This document shows positions 1 through 8,184 of a stretch of DNA of 64,000 bases, piece by piece (positions within the stretch are counted from its first letter, which is position 1; every line of letters starts with the position of its first letter). The stretch spans positions 4,125-68,124 of the forward strand of contig JAFQZZ010000017.1 in the NCBI GenBank assembly GCA_017405645.1, written 5' to 3'. This DNA comes from Bacillota bacterium (lineage in GTDB: Bacteria > Bacillota > Clostridia > Peptostreptococcales > Anaerovoracaceae). The notes beneath the pieces were generated by a model. The model saw nothing but the letters and a program-made list of their open reading frames with translations. It had not been told where the DNA came from and made no database searches. A program made the translations under genes and the position numbers.

Positions 1-3
1 ATA

Positions 4-642
4 ATGAGAAACGAAAGAATGCCTGACCCGAGTGTGATCCATCCGGTTGCGGGCTATGACAAAGAAATCTATGTAAAACCAACGATCACCAATCCAAACA
101 TTATCGTCGGAGACTTTACTTATATTGCTGATTCTGATTTTGAAAGTCATGTTACCCATCATTATGAATGGAACGGTGACAGGTTGATCATCGGGAAGTT
201 CTGTCAGATAGCTGCTGGTGTTGAGTTTGTTATGAATGGCACGAATCACCAGATGAATGCGGTTTCCACTTTCCCGTTCTACACACTGGAAGGCTGGAGC
301 ATGAATCCGCCTGTACCTGCTGACCTTCCACTCAAAGGAGATACGATAATCGGCAACGATGTCTGGATTGGCCAGAACGCGGTGATTCTTCCGGGCGTCC
401 ACATTGGTGATGGGGCCATCATCGGGGCGAACAGCGTTGTTGGAAAGGATGTTGATCCCTATACAATTGTGGTTGGGAATCCTATGAGAGTTCTCCGCAA
501 GCGTTTTGACGATGACCTGATTGATCTGATGCTCAGGTTCAAATGGTGGGATAAGAGCATAGAAGAAATAGACAACCTGATTCCAATTCTGACCTGCAGT
601 GATTTGGAGAAGGTCAGAGAAGAAATTGAGGAAAGACTATGA
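4..642 (+). CDS. vat: Vat-family streptogramin A O-acetyltransferase (xenobiotic hexapeptide-repeat acyltransferase)
   Basis: 212-aa ORF with a hexapeptide-repeat run ([32 protein letters not shown]). Carries Vat(D)-type blocks [56 protein letters not shown]. Alternative ATG at 19. Lower GC than the core of the window. Confidence 0.85.
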   Translation: MRNERMPDPSVIHPVAGYDKEIYVKPTITNPNIIVGDFTYIADSDFESHVTHHYEWNGDRLIIGKFCQIAAGVEFVMNGTNHQMNAVSTFPFYTLEGWSMNPPVPADLPLKGDTIIGNDVWIGQNAVILPGVHIGDGAIIGANSVVGKDVDPYTIVVGNPMRVLRKRFDDDLIDLMLRFKWWDKSIEEIDNLIPILTCSDLEKVREEIEERL

Positions 643-1181
643 TCATACTGATTACGGGAGCATCTCACACAGGGAAAACACTTTTGGCACAGAAGATGCT
701 CGGAAAGTACCAATACCCATATCTGTCAATAGATCATTTGAAAATGGGCCTTATTCGAAGCGGCAATACGGGATTGACGCCAAAGGATGATGAGGCTTTA
801 ACAGAATACCTGTGGCCAATTATACGGGAGATCATGAAGACGGCGATTGAGAATCGGCAGAATCTCATCGTTGAGGGATGCTATATCCCATTTCGCTGGA
901 GGCAGGACTTTGACGTGCGGTATTTACCATCAATCCGTTTTATTTGCCTTGCCATGAGCGAAAGATATATAGAGAACCACTTCGATGAGATTATTGGATA
1001 TGAATCGGAAATAGAATCCAGATTAGTCGATGCTGATTGTAGAATGGATGTTCTAAAAGCAGACAACAAGAGCATCATCGACGGGTTTCAGCATGTTGGA
1101 GAACAGATTGTGCTGATTGATTCTGACTACGAAAAGACGATAGAGAAGTTGCTAGGAGTCAATGGGGACGGTTCTTTTTGA
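639..1181 (+). CDS. small P-loop NTPase / kinase-like protein, substrate unknown
   Basis: 180 aa with Walker A GASHTGKT near the N-terminus. ATGA start/stop overlap with vat (639-642) implies translational coupling. Size and layout resemble adenylate-kinase / 2-phosphoglycerate-kinase-like small kinases. Confidence 0.6.
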   Translation: MIILITGASHTGKTLLAQKMLGKYQYPYLSIDHLKMGLIRSGNTGLTPKDDEALTEYLWPIIREIMKTAIENRQNLIVEGCYIPFRWRQDFDVRYLPSIRFICLAMSERYIENHFDEIIGYESEIESRLVDADCRMDVLKADNKSIIDGFQHVGEQIVLIDSDYEKTIEKLLGVNGDGSF

Positions 1182-1186
1182 CTCGC

Positions 1187-1327
1187 GACTTCTCTATGAA
1201 ATCCGCTCCGGATGTGTTATAATCAAATATCAGTCCGGGGTGTTTTATCGGAACACCGGAGCAAAAAAATAGAGCAGAAAGAGAAGCGTTTATGAAATAC
1301 AGGATCCTCTTTACGTGCCACGGCAAC
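1187..1327 (+). repeat. module copy A: diverged duplicate of the LMW-PTP upstream region plus its first 12 codons
   Basis: Aligns by eye at roughly 85% with 3881-4014. Shared parts are TATGAAA, the CCGGATGTG(T/A)TATAAT hairpin/promoter-like block, GTCCGGGGTGTTTTAT, AGAGCAGAAAGAGAAGCGTTTATGAAATACAGGATCCTC and TGCCACGGCAA. Homology stops at about 1327. Confidence 0.85.
1292..1327 (+). pseudogene. 5' fragment of a low-molecular-weight protein tyrosine phosphatase gene (12 codons, MKYRILFTCHGN)
   Basis: Same start context and codons as the intact gene at 3979 (MKYRILVTCHGN). The reading frame then diverges into unrelated low-GC sequence. Confidence 0.8.
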
Positions 1328-1387
1328 ACACTAACATCGGTCCTGAAACCATTGAAATTTCAGCATTTTTAAGAATCCGCATTTTGG

Positions 1388-1411
1388 TTTTACAACTTTT
1401 TTACAACTTTT
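1388..1411 (+). repeat. tandem direct repeat TTTACAACTTTT x2
   Basis: ggTTTTACAACTTTTTTACAACTTTTgcag lies directly after the breakpoint of the PTP fragment and upstream of the GNAT gene. It could be a protein-binding site or promoter element. Confidence 0.5.
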
Positions 1412-1479
1412 GCAGTTAGATTCCTGATATGCCACGATATGATAGTTGGTGCTTTGATATGCAAGAAGGAGCTTTAAAA

Positions 1480-1920
1480 ATGTCTTTTGAAGTAAAAAAA
1501 TGTTTGGATACGGAAATCATAAAAGGGCTATTCTTAGAGTATTCTCAAATTAAGGGAGCTGAAAGCTGCTTTGTATCATTTGATAAAGAAATGAATAATC
1601 TTGAAGAGTATTATCAAGGGGGAACTGTGCTTGTTGGATACGAGAATGATAGGCCGGTTGCCTGTATCGCAATCAAGAAAATAGATGACGATATCTGTGA
1701 AGCAAAAAGGTTATTCATAAAACCGGAATTCCGAGGAAAAGGGTATGCCCGGAAGATGCTTGGCACGATGCTTGATAAATGTGAGGAACTAGGGTTTAGG
1801 GAAGTGACATTCACGACCAAGCCTTCCGTTATGCAAATAGGATATGAATTATACAAACGCATGGGCTTTGAAGAAGTATCTGAAAAAGATGGAATCGTAC
1901 TGATGAGAATGGGACTATAA
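1480..1920 (+). CDS. GNAT family N-acetyltransferase
   Basis: Start moved to the ATG at 1480, which has AGGAG 8 nt upstream. Acetyl-CoA-binding block RLFIKPEFRGKGYARKML is typical of GNAT motif A. The product is 146 aa. Confidence 0.85.
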   Translation: MSFEVKKCLDTEIIKGLFLEYSQIKGAESCFVSFDKEMNNLEEYYQGGTVLVGYENDRPVACIAIKKIDDDICEAKRLFIKPEFRGKGYARKMLGTMLDKCEELGFREVTFTTKPSVMQIGYELYKRMGFEEVSEKDGIVLMRMGL

Positions 1921-1934
1921 GACGGATCATCTAA

Positions 1935-1996
1935 TATATGAAAACATCCCCGGATGTGATATAATTTGGTGTTAGTCTGGGGTGTTATATTGGAGT
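1935..1996 (+). repeat. module copy B (hairpin/promoter-like part only)
   Basis: TATATGAAAACATCCCCGGATGTGATATAATTT is identical over 33 nt to 3881-3913. A diverged GTCTGGGGTGTTATATTGGAG follows. Confidence 0.85.
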
Positions 1997-2035
1997 ACCA
2001 AGTCCACTGAAATACATCAAATAATAATACCCTGA

Positions 2036-2058
2036 GTTGTTTACAATTTGTAGACAAC
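2036..2058. promoter_or_regulatory. 23-bp near-perfect palindrome, candidate operator of the Phd/YefM antitoxin
   Basis: GTTGTTTACAATTTGTAGACAAC has 2 symmetric mismatches and lies ~115 nt upstream of the antitoxin start. Confidence 0.45.
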
Positions 2059-2171
2059 TGATAGTAGCTGTGACGATGGCACTCGCTACAGCATCGAAGT
2101 GCAGCTGTGAGATCTATAAAACACGGACTGACTTGAATTTCAGCGTATGTCACAATGTACATAGAGGGCGA

Positions 2172-2342
2172 ATGATGAGAACAACAAAAGATAATAATGC
2201 AGTTATGATCGGCGAGGATGAATACAGAGGGCTTGTTGAAACTCTTTATTTGACTTCGATTCCAGGAATGGAGAAAAAACTCACAGAAGGGATGAATACA
2301 CCTCTGGGTGAAACGGTATCGGGAGAAGAGGTGCTTTGGTAA
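2172..2342 (+). CDS. Phd/YefM-family type II antitoxin
   Basis: 56-aa product MMRTTKDNNAVMIGEDEYRGLVETLYLTSIPGMEKKLTEG. The VxxSxxEYxxLxETxxLLSxP pattern is typical of Phd/YefM. AGAGGG RBS upstream. The longer ORF from 2037 is an unsupported N-terminal extension. Confidence 0.75.
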   Translation: MMRTTKDNNAVMIGEDEYRGLVETLYLTSIPGMEKKLTEGMNTPLGETVSGEEVLW

Positions 2343-2369
2343 ATGTACAAAATCGTTTTTAGATTCTGA
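2343..2369 (+). pseudogene. remnant of a RelE/YoeB/Txe-type toxin gene (8 codons, MYKIVFRF then stop)
   Basis: TAAATG junction with the antitoxin, as in intact pairs. MYKIVF is a typical toxin N-terminus. The frame ends at TGA 2367, where the TGACTTCCTATGAAAT junction sequence begins. Confidence 0.6.
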
Positions 2370-2587
2370 CTTCCTATGAAATAACATTGAAACAGGAAAA
2401 CAGGTTCATGATTATTGAACTTGTTTTTTTCATGGATGAAGATATGTACTTGCAAATACGCTAACAAGAGAGCTTAATGTTAGCGTGAAAGGAAGTTGTT
2501 GGATGGAGAAGTGTTTTAAAAGTACTGGACGTGAGATTGTTGACAATTACACGATAATGTGTTAATGTCAAAACAGAGGTGATGGTT

Positions 2588-3130
2588 ATGTCAGATTACT
2601 ATACTGTAACGGAATTCGCCGCTCATGTTGGCAAGGATCCGGGGAATATCAGGCGGATGCTGATCAATGGAACGCTCAAAGGGGAAAAGCTTGGAAAGCA
2701 ATGGATGATACCAAAGGACACAGAGTATCCGGATGATCGACGCTACAAAAGCGGAAACTATAAAAACTGGAGAAAAAGAATGAATATCAATCGAAACCAT
2801 CCTGGCCTGTTGAAGGCATTGACGGAGATGAGTTCTCAGATTGGAAGGATCTATGGAGACACATTGGACAGAGTGATCCTTTACGGCTCGTACGCCCGCG
2901 GGGAACAAACAGGAGAGTCCGATGTAGATATTGCCATCCTGGTCAAGGAAGGCAACACAGAGAAGATGCACGATGAAATGTTAAACCTCGTAGTGGATTA
3001 TGAACTGGATCTGGCGGTTACTTTATCCGTTGTGCCAATAGAGTATAGTAACTATCAGGAGTGGAATAAGGTCTTGCCGTATTATAAGAATATTGACAGA
3101 GAGGGGATCATACTATGGAAGGCGGCGTAG
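2588..3130 (+). CDS. HTH domain fused to a minimal nucleotidyltransferase (MNT-type, type VII TA antitoxin-like)
   Basis: The N-terminus YYTVTEFAAHVGKDPGNIRRMLINGTLKGEKLGKQWMIP is an excisionase/MerR-like HTH. The C-terminus LYGSYARGEQTGESDVDIAILV is the GSxxRG..x(n)..DxD nucleotidyltransferase signature. Start set to the ATG at 2588, 8 nt after AGAGG. Confidence 0.8.
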   Translation: MSDYYTVTEFAAHVGKDPGNIRRMLINGTLKGEKLGKQWMIPKDTEYPDDRRYKSGNYKNWRKRMNINRNHPGLLKALTEMSSQIGRIYGDTLDRVILYGSYARGEQTGESDVDIAILVKEGNTEKMHDEMLNLVVDYELDLAVTLSVVPIEYSNYQEWNKVLPYYKNIDREGIILWKAA

Positions 3131-3140
3131 CGGGACTTCT

Positions 3141-3245
3141 TGTTTTTTCCTTGCGCCCAAGGAAGAGGCGGAAAAACAGATCGAAAGAGCGACATCTTTT
3201 GCAGAGATCATTGGAGACTTCTTAGATGAAAAAGGGATCGTTTAG
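3141..3245 (+). pseudogene. C-terminal remnant of the cognate HEPN toxin gene
   Basis: The frame reads ..APKEEAEKQIERATSFAEIIGDFLDEKGIV-stop. This resembles the last helix of MNT-associated HEPN proteins. No start codon and no N-terminal ~100 codons are present. Confidence 0.5.
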
Positions 3246-3346
3246 GGATTGAAATAGTTGGTTTTGTTCTGTTAGATATGATAGAATAGCGGTGACAGCA
3301 GGTTAAATAAAAATGCTATACAAATCGGAATTTGTGAGGTAGATAA

Positions 3347-3805
3347 ATGTACAGAATCGCTGATATGCAGGATTGTGAAGCGGTTTATCAAATGATTTGC
3401 GATATGGAATCAAAAGCACTGCCATATGATCGCTTTCAGGAAATCTTTCGAAGGCAGCTGGAGGATGAAAGATATGACTGTATCCTCTGTGAAGAGAACG
3501 GGGAAACGATTGGAGTTTTAAATCTACGCTACGAAGAACAACTCCATCACTCTGAAACTATCGCTGAGATTATGGAATTTGTTATTGCAACTGGGTATCG
3601 CAAAGAAGGCCGTGGAAAAGACATGCTCGCATATGCTACACAGCATGCGAAAGAAAAAGGGTGTACACAGATCGAGGTTGCTTGCAATCAGCTGCGTAAA
3701 GATACACACAGATTCTACTTAAGAGAAGGAATGAAAAATTATCATTTCAAGTTTTCCAAGAGATTAATAGGACCGGATTCAAACGAAAATGTGTTAGGAC
3801 GATAA
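3347..3805 (+). CDS. GNAT family N-acetyltransferase, PhnO-like
   Basis: 152 aa. VACNQLRKDTHRFYLREGMKNYHFKFSK matches the C-terminal HRFYLREGY..SHFRFTK block of aminoalkylphosphonate N-acetyltransferase PhnO. GAGGT RBS 7 nt upstream. Confidence 0.8.
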   Translation: MYRIADMQDCEAVYQMICDMESKALPYDRFQEIFRRQLEDERYDCILCEENGETIGVLNLRYEEQLHHSETIAEIMEFVIATGYRKEGRGKDMLAYATQHAKEKGCTQIEVACNQLRKDTHRFYLREGMKNYHFKFSKRLIGPDSNENVLGR

Positions 3806-3880
3806 ATTCCAGTATATGCTTCCAATTCGATATTTGATAAAGGCTATTATGCAAACACTAATTCGAATGAAACCAAATTG

Positions 3881-4014
3881 TATATGAAAACATCCCCGGA
3901 TGTGATATAATTTAATATCGGTCCGGGGTGTTTTATTGGAGACCCGGAGGGAAAAGCAGAGCAGAAAGAGAAGCGTTTATGAAATACAGGATCCTCGTCA
4001 CTTGCCACGGCAAT
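3881..4014 (+). repeat. module copy C (resident copy, continuous with the intact LMW-PTP gene)
   Basis: Contains TATGAAA and the hairpin CATCCCCGGA-N21-TCCGGGGTG, with an extended -10-like TGTGATATAAT in the loop. The leader and first 12 codons of the PTP gene follow. Confidence 0.85.
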
Positions 4015-4449
4015 ATTTGCAGAAGTGCCATGGCTGAATTTATGTTAAAAGATATGGTGCAGAAGGCCGGACGGAGCGATGAGTTTTACATCGAATCTGC
4101 TGCTACCCACAATGATGAGATCGGGAATCCGGTGTACCCGCCGGCGAAGGCGAAGCTGGCAGAGCACGGCATCGGCTGCGAGGGAAAGACTGCCCGGCGG
4201 ATCCGGCGGGAGGACTACGACCGGTTCGATCTGATCATCGGTATGGACCAGGCCAATATGCGGAATATGGAGCGGGCCTTCGGCGGGGATCCGGAAGGGA
4301 AGCTGAAACTGATGATGGACTATACCGACCGCCCCTGCGAAGTGGCGGATCCCTGGTATACCAGGGATTTCGAGGCCACCTGGAGAGACCTGTCCGAGGG
4401 ACTGCAGGGGTTGTTGAAGAGCCTGAAGGAAGACGGGGTTTTGGAATGA
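3979..4449 (+). CDS. low-molecular-weight protein tyrosine phosphatase
   Basis: Active-site loop VTCHGNICRSAMAE (CX5R-S) sits at the N-terminus and DPWY near the C-terminus. Start moved to the ATG at 3979. GC content rises from here on. Confidence 0.9.
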   Translation: MKYRILVTCHGNICRSAMAEFMLKDMVQKAGRSDEFYIESAATHNDEIGNPVYPPAKAKLAEHGIGCEGKTARRIRREDYDRFDLIIGMDQANMRNMERAFGGDPEGKLKLMMDYTDRPCEVADPWYTRDFEATWRDLSEGLQGLLKSLKEDGVLE

Positions 4450-5057
4450 AGCACATCTATTTCATGAGGCATGGGGAGACGGAGCTGAATAAGCGGATGC
4501 GGCTGCAGGGCCGCTACGACGAGCCCCTGAACGAAAAAGGCATCCGCCAGGCGGAAGAAGCCGGGAAGCAGATCCGGGAAATGGGCATCCGGTTCGACCG
4601 GGTTTACAGTTCGCCGCTGCAGCGGGCCGTGAGAACGGCGGAACTGGTGACCGGGCTGACGAAGGCGGACCTGATCCTGGACGAAAGGATCCTGGAGTTG
4701 GATTACGGGAAGTTCGAACGGATGCAGTTCGGCGACCTGCCCCAACAGGTATGGGATTTCTTCCGGAAACCGCTGGAAACGGAGGCGCCGGAAACCATGG
4801 AGACCCTGGAGCATCTGGAGGAGCGGACCGGGTCCTTTCTGAAGGATCTGGCCGGACAGGCGGATGAGACTGATGAAAACTGGCTGGTGGTCTGCCACGG
4901 CATCTGCATGCGGGGGATCCTCAGCAACCTGGCAAGGGGGGACCGGGCGGAAGCCTGGCGGTCTTCCATCGAAAACTGCGTGCTGTACGAGACCAGCCTG
5001 GAAAACGGGGTATTTACCAAAGGCGTCCTGGTGGAAATGCCGGGACGGATCAGATAG
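4446..5057 (+). CDS. histidine phosphatase family protein (phosphoglycerate mutase-like)
   Basis: N-terminal RHGETELN catalytic motif. ATGA overlap with the PTP gene. Confidence 0.85.
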   Translation: MKHIYFMRHGETELNKRMRLQGRYDEPLNEKGIRQAEEAGKQIREMGIRFDRVYSSPLQRAVRTAELVTGLTKADLILDERILELDYGKFERMQFGDLPQQVWDFFRKPLETEAPETMETLEHLEERTGSFLKDLAGQADETDENWLVVCHGICMRGILSNLARGDRAEAWRSSIENCVLYETSLENGVFTKGVLVEMPGRIR

Positions 5058-5073
5058 ATCGGAGGAAGAAGAC

Positions 5074-6273
5074 ATGAAAACATCCAACAGCTTTGTGTTC
5101 AACGTGCCGACCAAGGCTCTGGTGGGTCCGGGAAAGCTGAATGACCTGCATAAGGAAATCAATACATACAACGGGGCCATTACCGGAACGAAGGCCATGG
5201 TGGTGATCTCCAACGGAAAGTCCGTCCGCAAAAACGGTTATCTGGGCCGGGTGGAGGAACAGCTGAAGCTGGCCGGCGTCGATTACGTGATCTTCGACAG
5301 GATCGGTGCGAACCCGGTGATCGCCATGATCGAGGACGGACGGCAGTTCTGCCTGGAAAACGGCTGTGATTTCATCGTGGCCTTAGGCGGCGGTTCCGTT
5401 ATCGACGCAGCCAAGCACATTTCCATGCTGGCGACGAATGACGGGAGCATCTGGGATTACGCCCAGGGCGGCACCGGCGGGAAGAAGAATCCGGAGAACC
5501 GGGCGCTGCAGTCCGTGGCGATTCCCACTACAGCCGGGACCGGGTCCGAGACCGACGCCGGCGGCGTGGTCACCAACGTGGAGACCAACGAAAAGATCGG
5601 CATCAAAGGCAAGGGCACGGCACCGGAGCTGGCCATCGTGGATGCGGAACTGATGATGAGCGTGCCGAAGGATTTCAAGGCTTACCAGGGCTTTGACGCG
5701 GTCTTCCATTCCACGGAGAGCATCCTGACCCACAAGCTCAATGCCGTCAGCAAGATGATCGCCTGTGAGGCCATCTACACCGTGTGCCACAACCTGGAAC
5801 GGGCCGTCAACGACCCGGAGGACGTGGAGGCGATGCAGGCGGTGGCCTACGGCAGCTACCTTTCCGGCATGGGGATGATGACGGGGCTTCTCACCGGGGC
5901 CCACGGTATCGAGCAGTCCATGTCTGGGCGGTACGGGGACCTGCCCCACGGTGCGGGACTGATCATGATCTGCAAACAGTATTACCAGTACTTTATTGAC
6001 CATCACGCCTGCGACGACAAGTTCGTGGAAATGGCCCGGCTGATGGGAGCCGACGGCACGGACGATCCGCAGGATTTCATCCGGATGATGGAGAAGATGG
6101 AGAAGGAATGCGGCGTGGACCAGCTGAAGATGACGGATTACGGAATGGATCCGTCCACCTTCGAGGACATCGTCCGGATCGCTTTCGATTCCACCCCCTG
6201 GCTCTTCGACAATGATCCCATTGAGATGGACCGGGCGGCGTATCTGAAGATGATGATGGATGCATATAAATAA
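5074..6273 (+). CDS. iron-containing (group III) alcohol dehydrogenase family protein
   Basis: 399 aa starting from the ATG at 5074, with GGAGGAAG upstream. Carries GGGSVIDAAK and the downstream His-rich metal-site region typical of Fe-ADH. Confidence 0.85.
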   Translation: MKTSNSFVFNVPTKALVGPGKLNDLHKEINTYNGAITGTKAMVVISNGKSVRKNGYLGRVEEQLKLAGVDYVIFDRIGANPVIAMIEDGRQFCLENGCDFIVALGGGSVIDAAKHISMLATNDGSIWDYAQGGTGGKKNPENRALQSVAIPTTAGTGSETDAGGVVTNVETNEKIGIKGKGTAPELAIVDAELMMSVPKDFKAYQGFDAVFHSTESILTHKLNAVSKMIACEAIYTVCHNLERAVNDPEDVEAMQAVAYGSYLSGMGMMTGLLTGAHGIEQSMSGRYGDLPHGAGLIMICKQYYQYFIDHHACDDKFVEMARLMGADGTDDPQDFIRMMEKMEKECGVDQLKMTDYGMDPSTFEDIVRIAFDSTPWLFDNDPIEMDRAAYLKMMMDAYK

Positions 6274-6290
6274 AACGGGAGGGAAAAGAG

Positions 6291-6983
6291 ATGAACGAGA
6301 CTATTCTCGTCGTGGACGACGAAAAGGAAATCGCGGATCTGGTGGAGATCTACCTGAAAAACGAGGGCTACAACGTCAAAAAGTTCTACAACGGCAAGGA
6401 TGCGCTGGAATGCGTGAAGGAAGGTCAGATCAGCCTGGCGGTGCTGGACGTGATGATGCCGGACATGAGCGGCTTCGACCTGCTGCGGCAGATCCGGGAG
6501 GAGCATCTGTTCCCCATCATCATGCTGACGGCGAAGGTCCAGGACATGGACAAGATCACCGGGCTGACCCTGGGGGCGGACGACTATATCACCAAGCCCT
6601 TCAGCCCGCTGGAGCTGGTGGCCAGGGTGAAGACCCAGCTTCGGCGCTACACCCGCTACAACGTGCCGGGGGCGGCGTCGGAGAACCAGGAGATCACCAT
6701 TCGGGGGTTGTCTATCGACAAGCACAACCACCGCTGCAGACTCAACGGGCAGGACCTGGACCTGACGCCCATTGAATTCGATATTTTATACTATCTGTGT
6801 GAACACCGGGGGAAAGCGGTCTCTTCCGAAGAGATCTTCGAGCAGGTGTGGAAAGAGGATTTCCTGGACCAGGACAACACGGTCATGGCCCACATCGCCC
6901 GGCTTCGGAAGAAAATGAATGAATCCCCCCGGAATCCGAAATACGTCAAGACCGTATGGGGAGTGGGATATACCATTGAGTAA
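6291..6983 (+). CDS. OmpR-family response regulator, VanR-like
   Basis: ILVVDDEKEIADLVEIYLKNEGY, GADDYITKPFSPLELVARVKTQLRR and the C-terminal KYVKTVWGVGYTIE closely parallel VanR. Confidence 0.9.
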   Translation: MNETILVVDDEKEIADLVEIYLKNEGYNVKKFYNGKDALECVKEGQISLAVLDVMMPDMSGFDLLRQIREEHLFPIIMLTAKVQDMDKITGLTLGADDYITKPFSPLELVARVKTQLRRYTRYNVPGAASENQEITIRGLSIDKHNHRCRLNGQDLDLTPIEFDILYYLCEHRGKAVSSEEIFEQVWKEDFLDQDNTVMAHIARLRKKMNESPRNPKYVKTVWGVGYTIE

Positions 6984-6984
6984 G

Positions 6985-8037
6985 ATGAAAAAAAGATACA
7001 AGCACAACAAGGCGGCGCTGCGCTCGTCGCTGATGTTCTGGATCTTCCAGCTGATTTTCCTCGTGATCGGGGCGGGGACCCTGTACCTGAGGAATGAGCG
7101 TATCCTGGGACGATACTTTTCGCATCCGAACCTGGTGCTGGTTGGGGTGTTCGTGGCTTGGGTCCTGGTGGATGCGCTGATGTTCCAGCGGCAGGTCCGG
7201 CTGATGGACAAGACCATCCGGGCCACGGAGATGCTGGCCTACGGGGACACCGGCGAGATCCGGCTGCCCCGTTCCCTGAAAAAGCTGCAGGATGAACTGA
7301 ACATGGTGCGACGGCAGATGCTGCGGGCGAAGCAGGACGAGACGGAGGCGGAGCAGAAGAAGAACGACCTGATCATGTACCTGGCTCACGACCTGAAGAC
7401 GCCCCTGACCAGCGTCATCGGCTACCTGAACCTGCTGAGGGACAATCCGGAGCTGAGCATCGAGAAAAAGACGGAATACGCCGGGATCGCCCTGGACAAG
7501 GCGGAACGGCTGGAGGAACTCATCGGCGAGTTCTTCGACATTACCCGGCTGACCATGACTACTATGACGCTGCAGCCGGAGAAGCGCAATCTCTCCATGA
7601 TGTTGGAACAGATCATGTACGAATTCCAGCCCATCCTGGAGGAGAAGGGCATGTACTGGCGGGCCATGATCCAGCCCAACGTGGTCTGCTATTTCGACCC
7701 GGACAAGATGGAGCGGGTCTTCGAGAACCTGATCCGAAACGCCATCAACTACAGCTACGACAATACGGAGCTGGTGATGGGAATGAAGGTCGCTGGCAAT
7801 ATGGTGCGGATCCGGCTGATGAACCACGGAGCCACCATTTCCGAGGAAAAACTGAAGCATCTGTTCGAGCAGTTTTTCCGGGTGGACAATTCCCGCAGCA
7901 CCGATACCGGCGGCGCGGGACTGGGACTGGCCATCACCAAGGAGATCGTGGAACTCCACGGAGGAAGGATCCGGGCAGCCAGCAAGGACGAAACCGTTTC
8001 CTTCATGGTGGAACTGCCCCTGAAGAGAACGAAATAA
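6985..8037 (+). CDS. sensor histidine kinase, VanS-like
   Basis: Two N-terminal TM segments. H-box YLAHDLKTPLTSVIGY, N-box NLIRNAINYS and G-boxes DTGGAGLGLAI are present. Start set to the ATG at 6985, just after the regulator stop. Confidence 0.9.
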   Translation: MKKRYKHNKAALRSSLMFWIFQLIFLVIGAGTLYLRNERILGRYFSHPNLVLVGVFVAWVLVDALMFQRQVRLMDKTIRATEMLAYGDTGEIRLPRSLKKLQDELNMVRRQMLRAKQDETEAEQKKNDLIMYLAHDLKTPLTSVIGYLNLLRDNPELSIEKKTEYAGIALDKAERLEELIGEFFDITRLTMTTMTLQPEKRNLSMMLEQIMYEFQPILEEKGMYWRAMIQPNVVCYFDPDKMERVFENLIRNAINYSYDNTELVMGMKVAGNMVRIRLMNHGATISEEKLKHLFEQFFRVDNSRSTDTGGAGLGLAITKEIVELHGGRIRAASKDETVSFMVELPLKRTK

Positions 8038-8050
8038 CGATTGGAACAAG

Positions 8051-8084
8051 GACCCGGACGGCGGAGATGCTGTCCGGGCCTTTT
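8051..8084 (+). terminator. intrinsic terminator after the two-component operon
   Basis: CCCGGAC-N12-GTCCGGG stem followed by TTTT. Confidence 0.6.
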
Positions 8085-8184
8085 GCTATCTGTACTGATA
8101 AATTATTAAAAAAGTGTACCTTTACTTAAGTACAGTGAGGTGATACAATGACCCCGGAATGAATACAGAAAGAGAGGCACCAAT

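Noticed and set aside
2037-2171. N-terminal extensions offered by the ORF track. Examples: 2037 for the antitoxin, 14041 for the small ORF, 3928 for PTP, 4864 for Fe-ADH, 23263 for glpK, 28861 for scpB, 47250 for FAH, 51285 for cdsA.
   Set aside because: The extensions overlap upstream genes or intergenic repeats, lack RBSs, and are not part of the conserved family N-termini. Internal ATGs with good RBS spacing match the canonical protein starts.
1-4020. Calling the cassette stack an integron.
   Set aside because: No intI-like tyrosine recombinase is visible in the window. The repeated module lacks the attC R-box consensus (GTTRRRY) and is partly a duplicated gene 5' end. The second segment holds several genes. 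The resemblance is kept only as an analogy in the finding.
6291-8037. VanR/VanS-like pair as evidence of a vancomycin resistance operon.
   Set aside because: No vanH, van ligase, vanX/Y or serine racemase genes are adjacent. The flanks are an Fe-ADH gene and pdxK. Orphan VanRS-like systems are common in Clostridia, so no resistance claim is justified.
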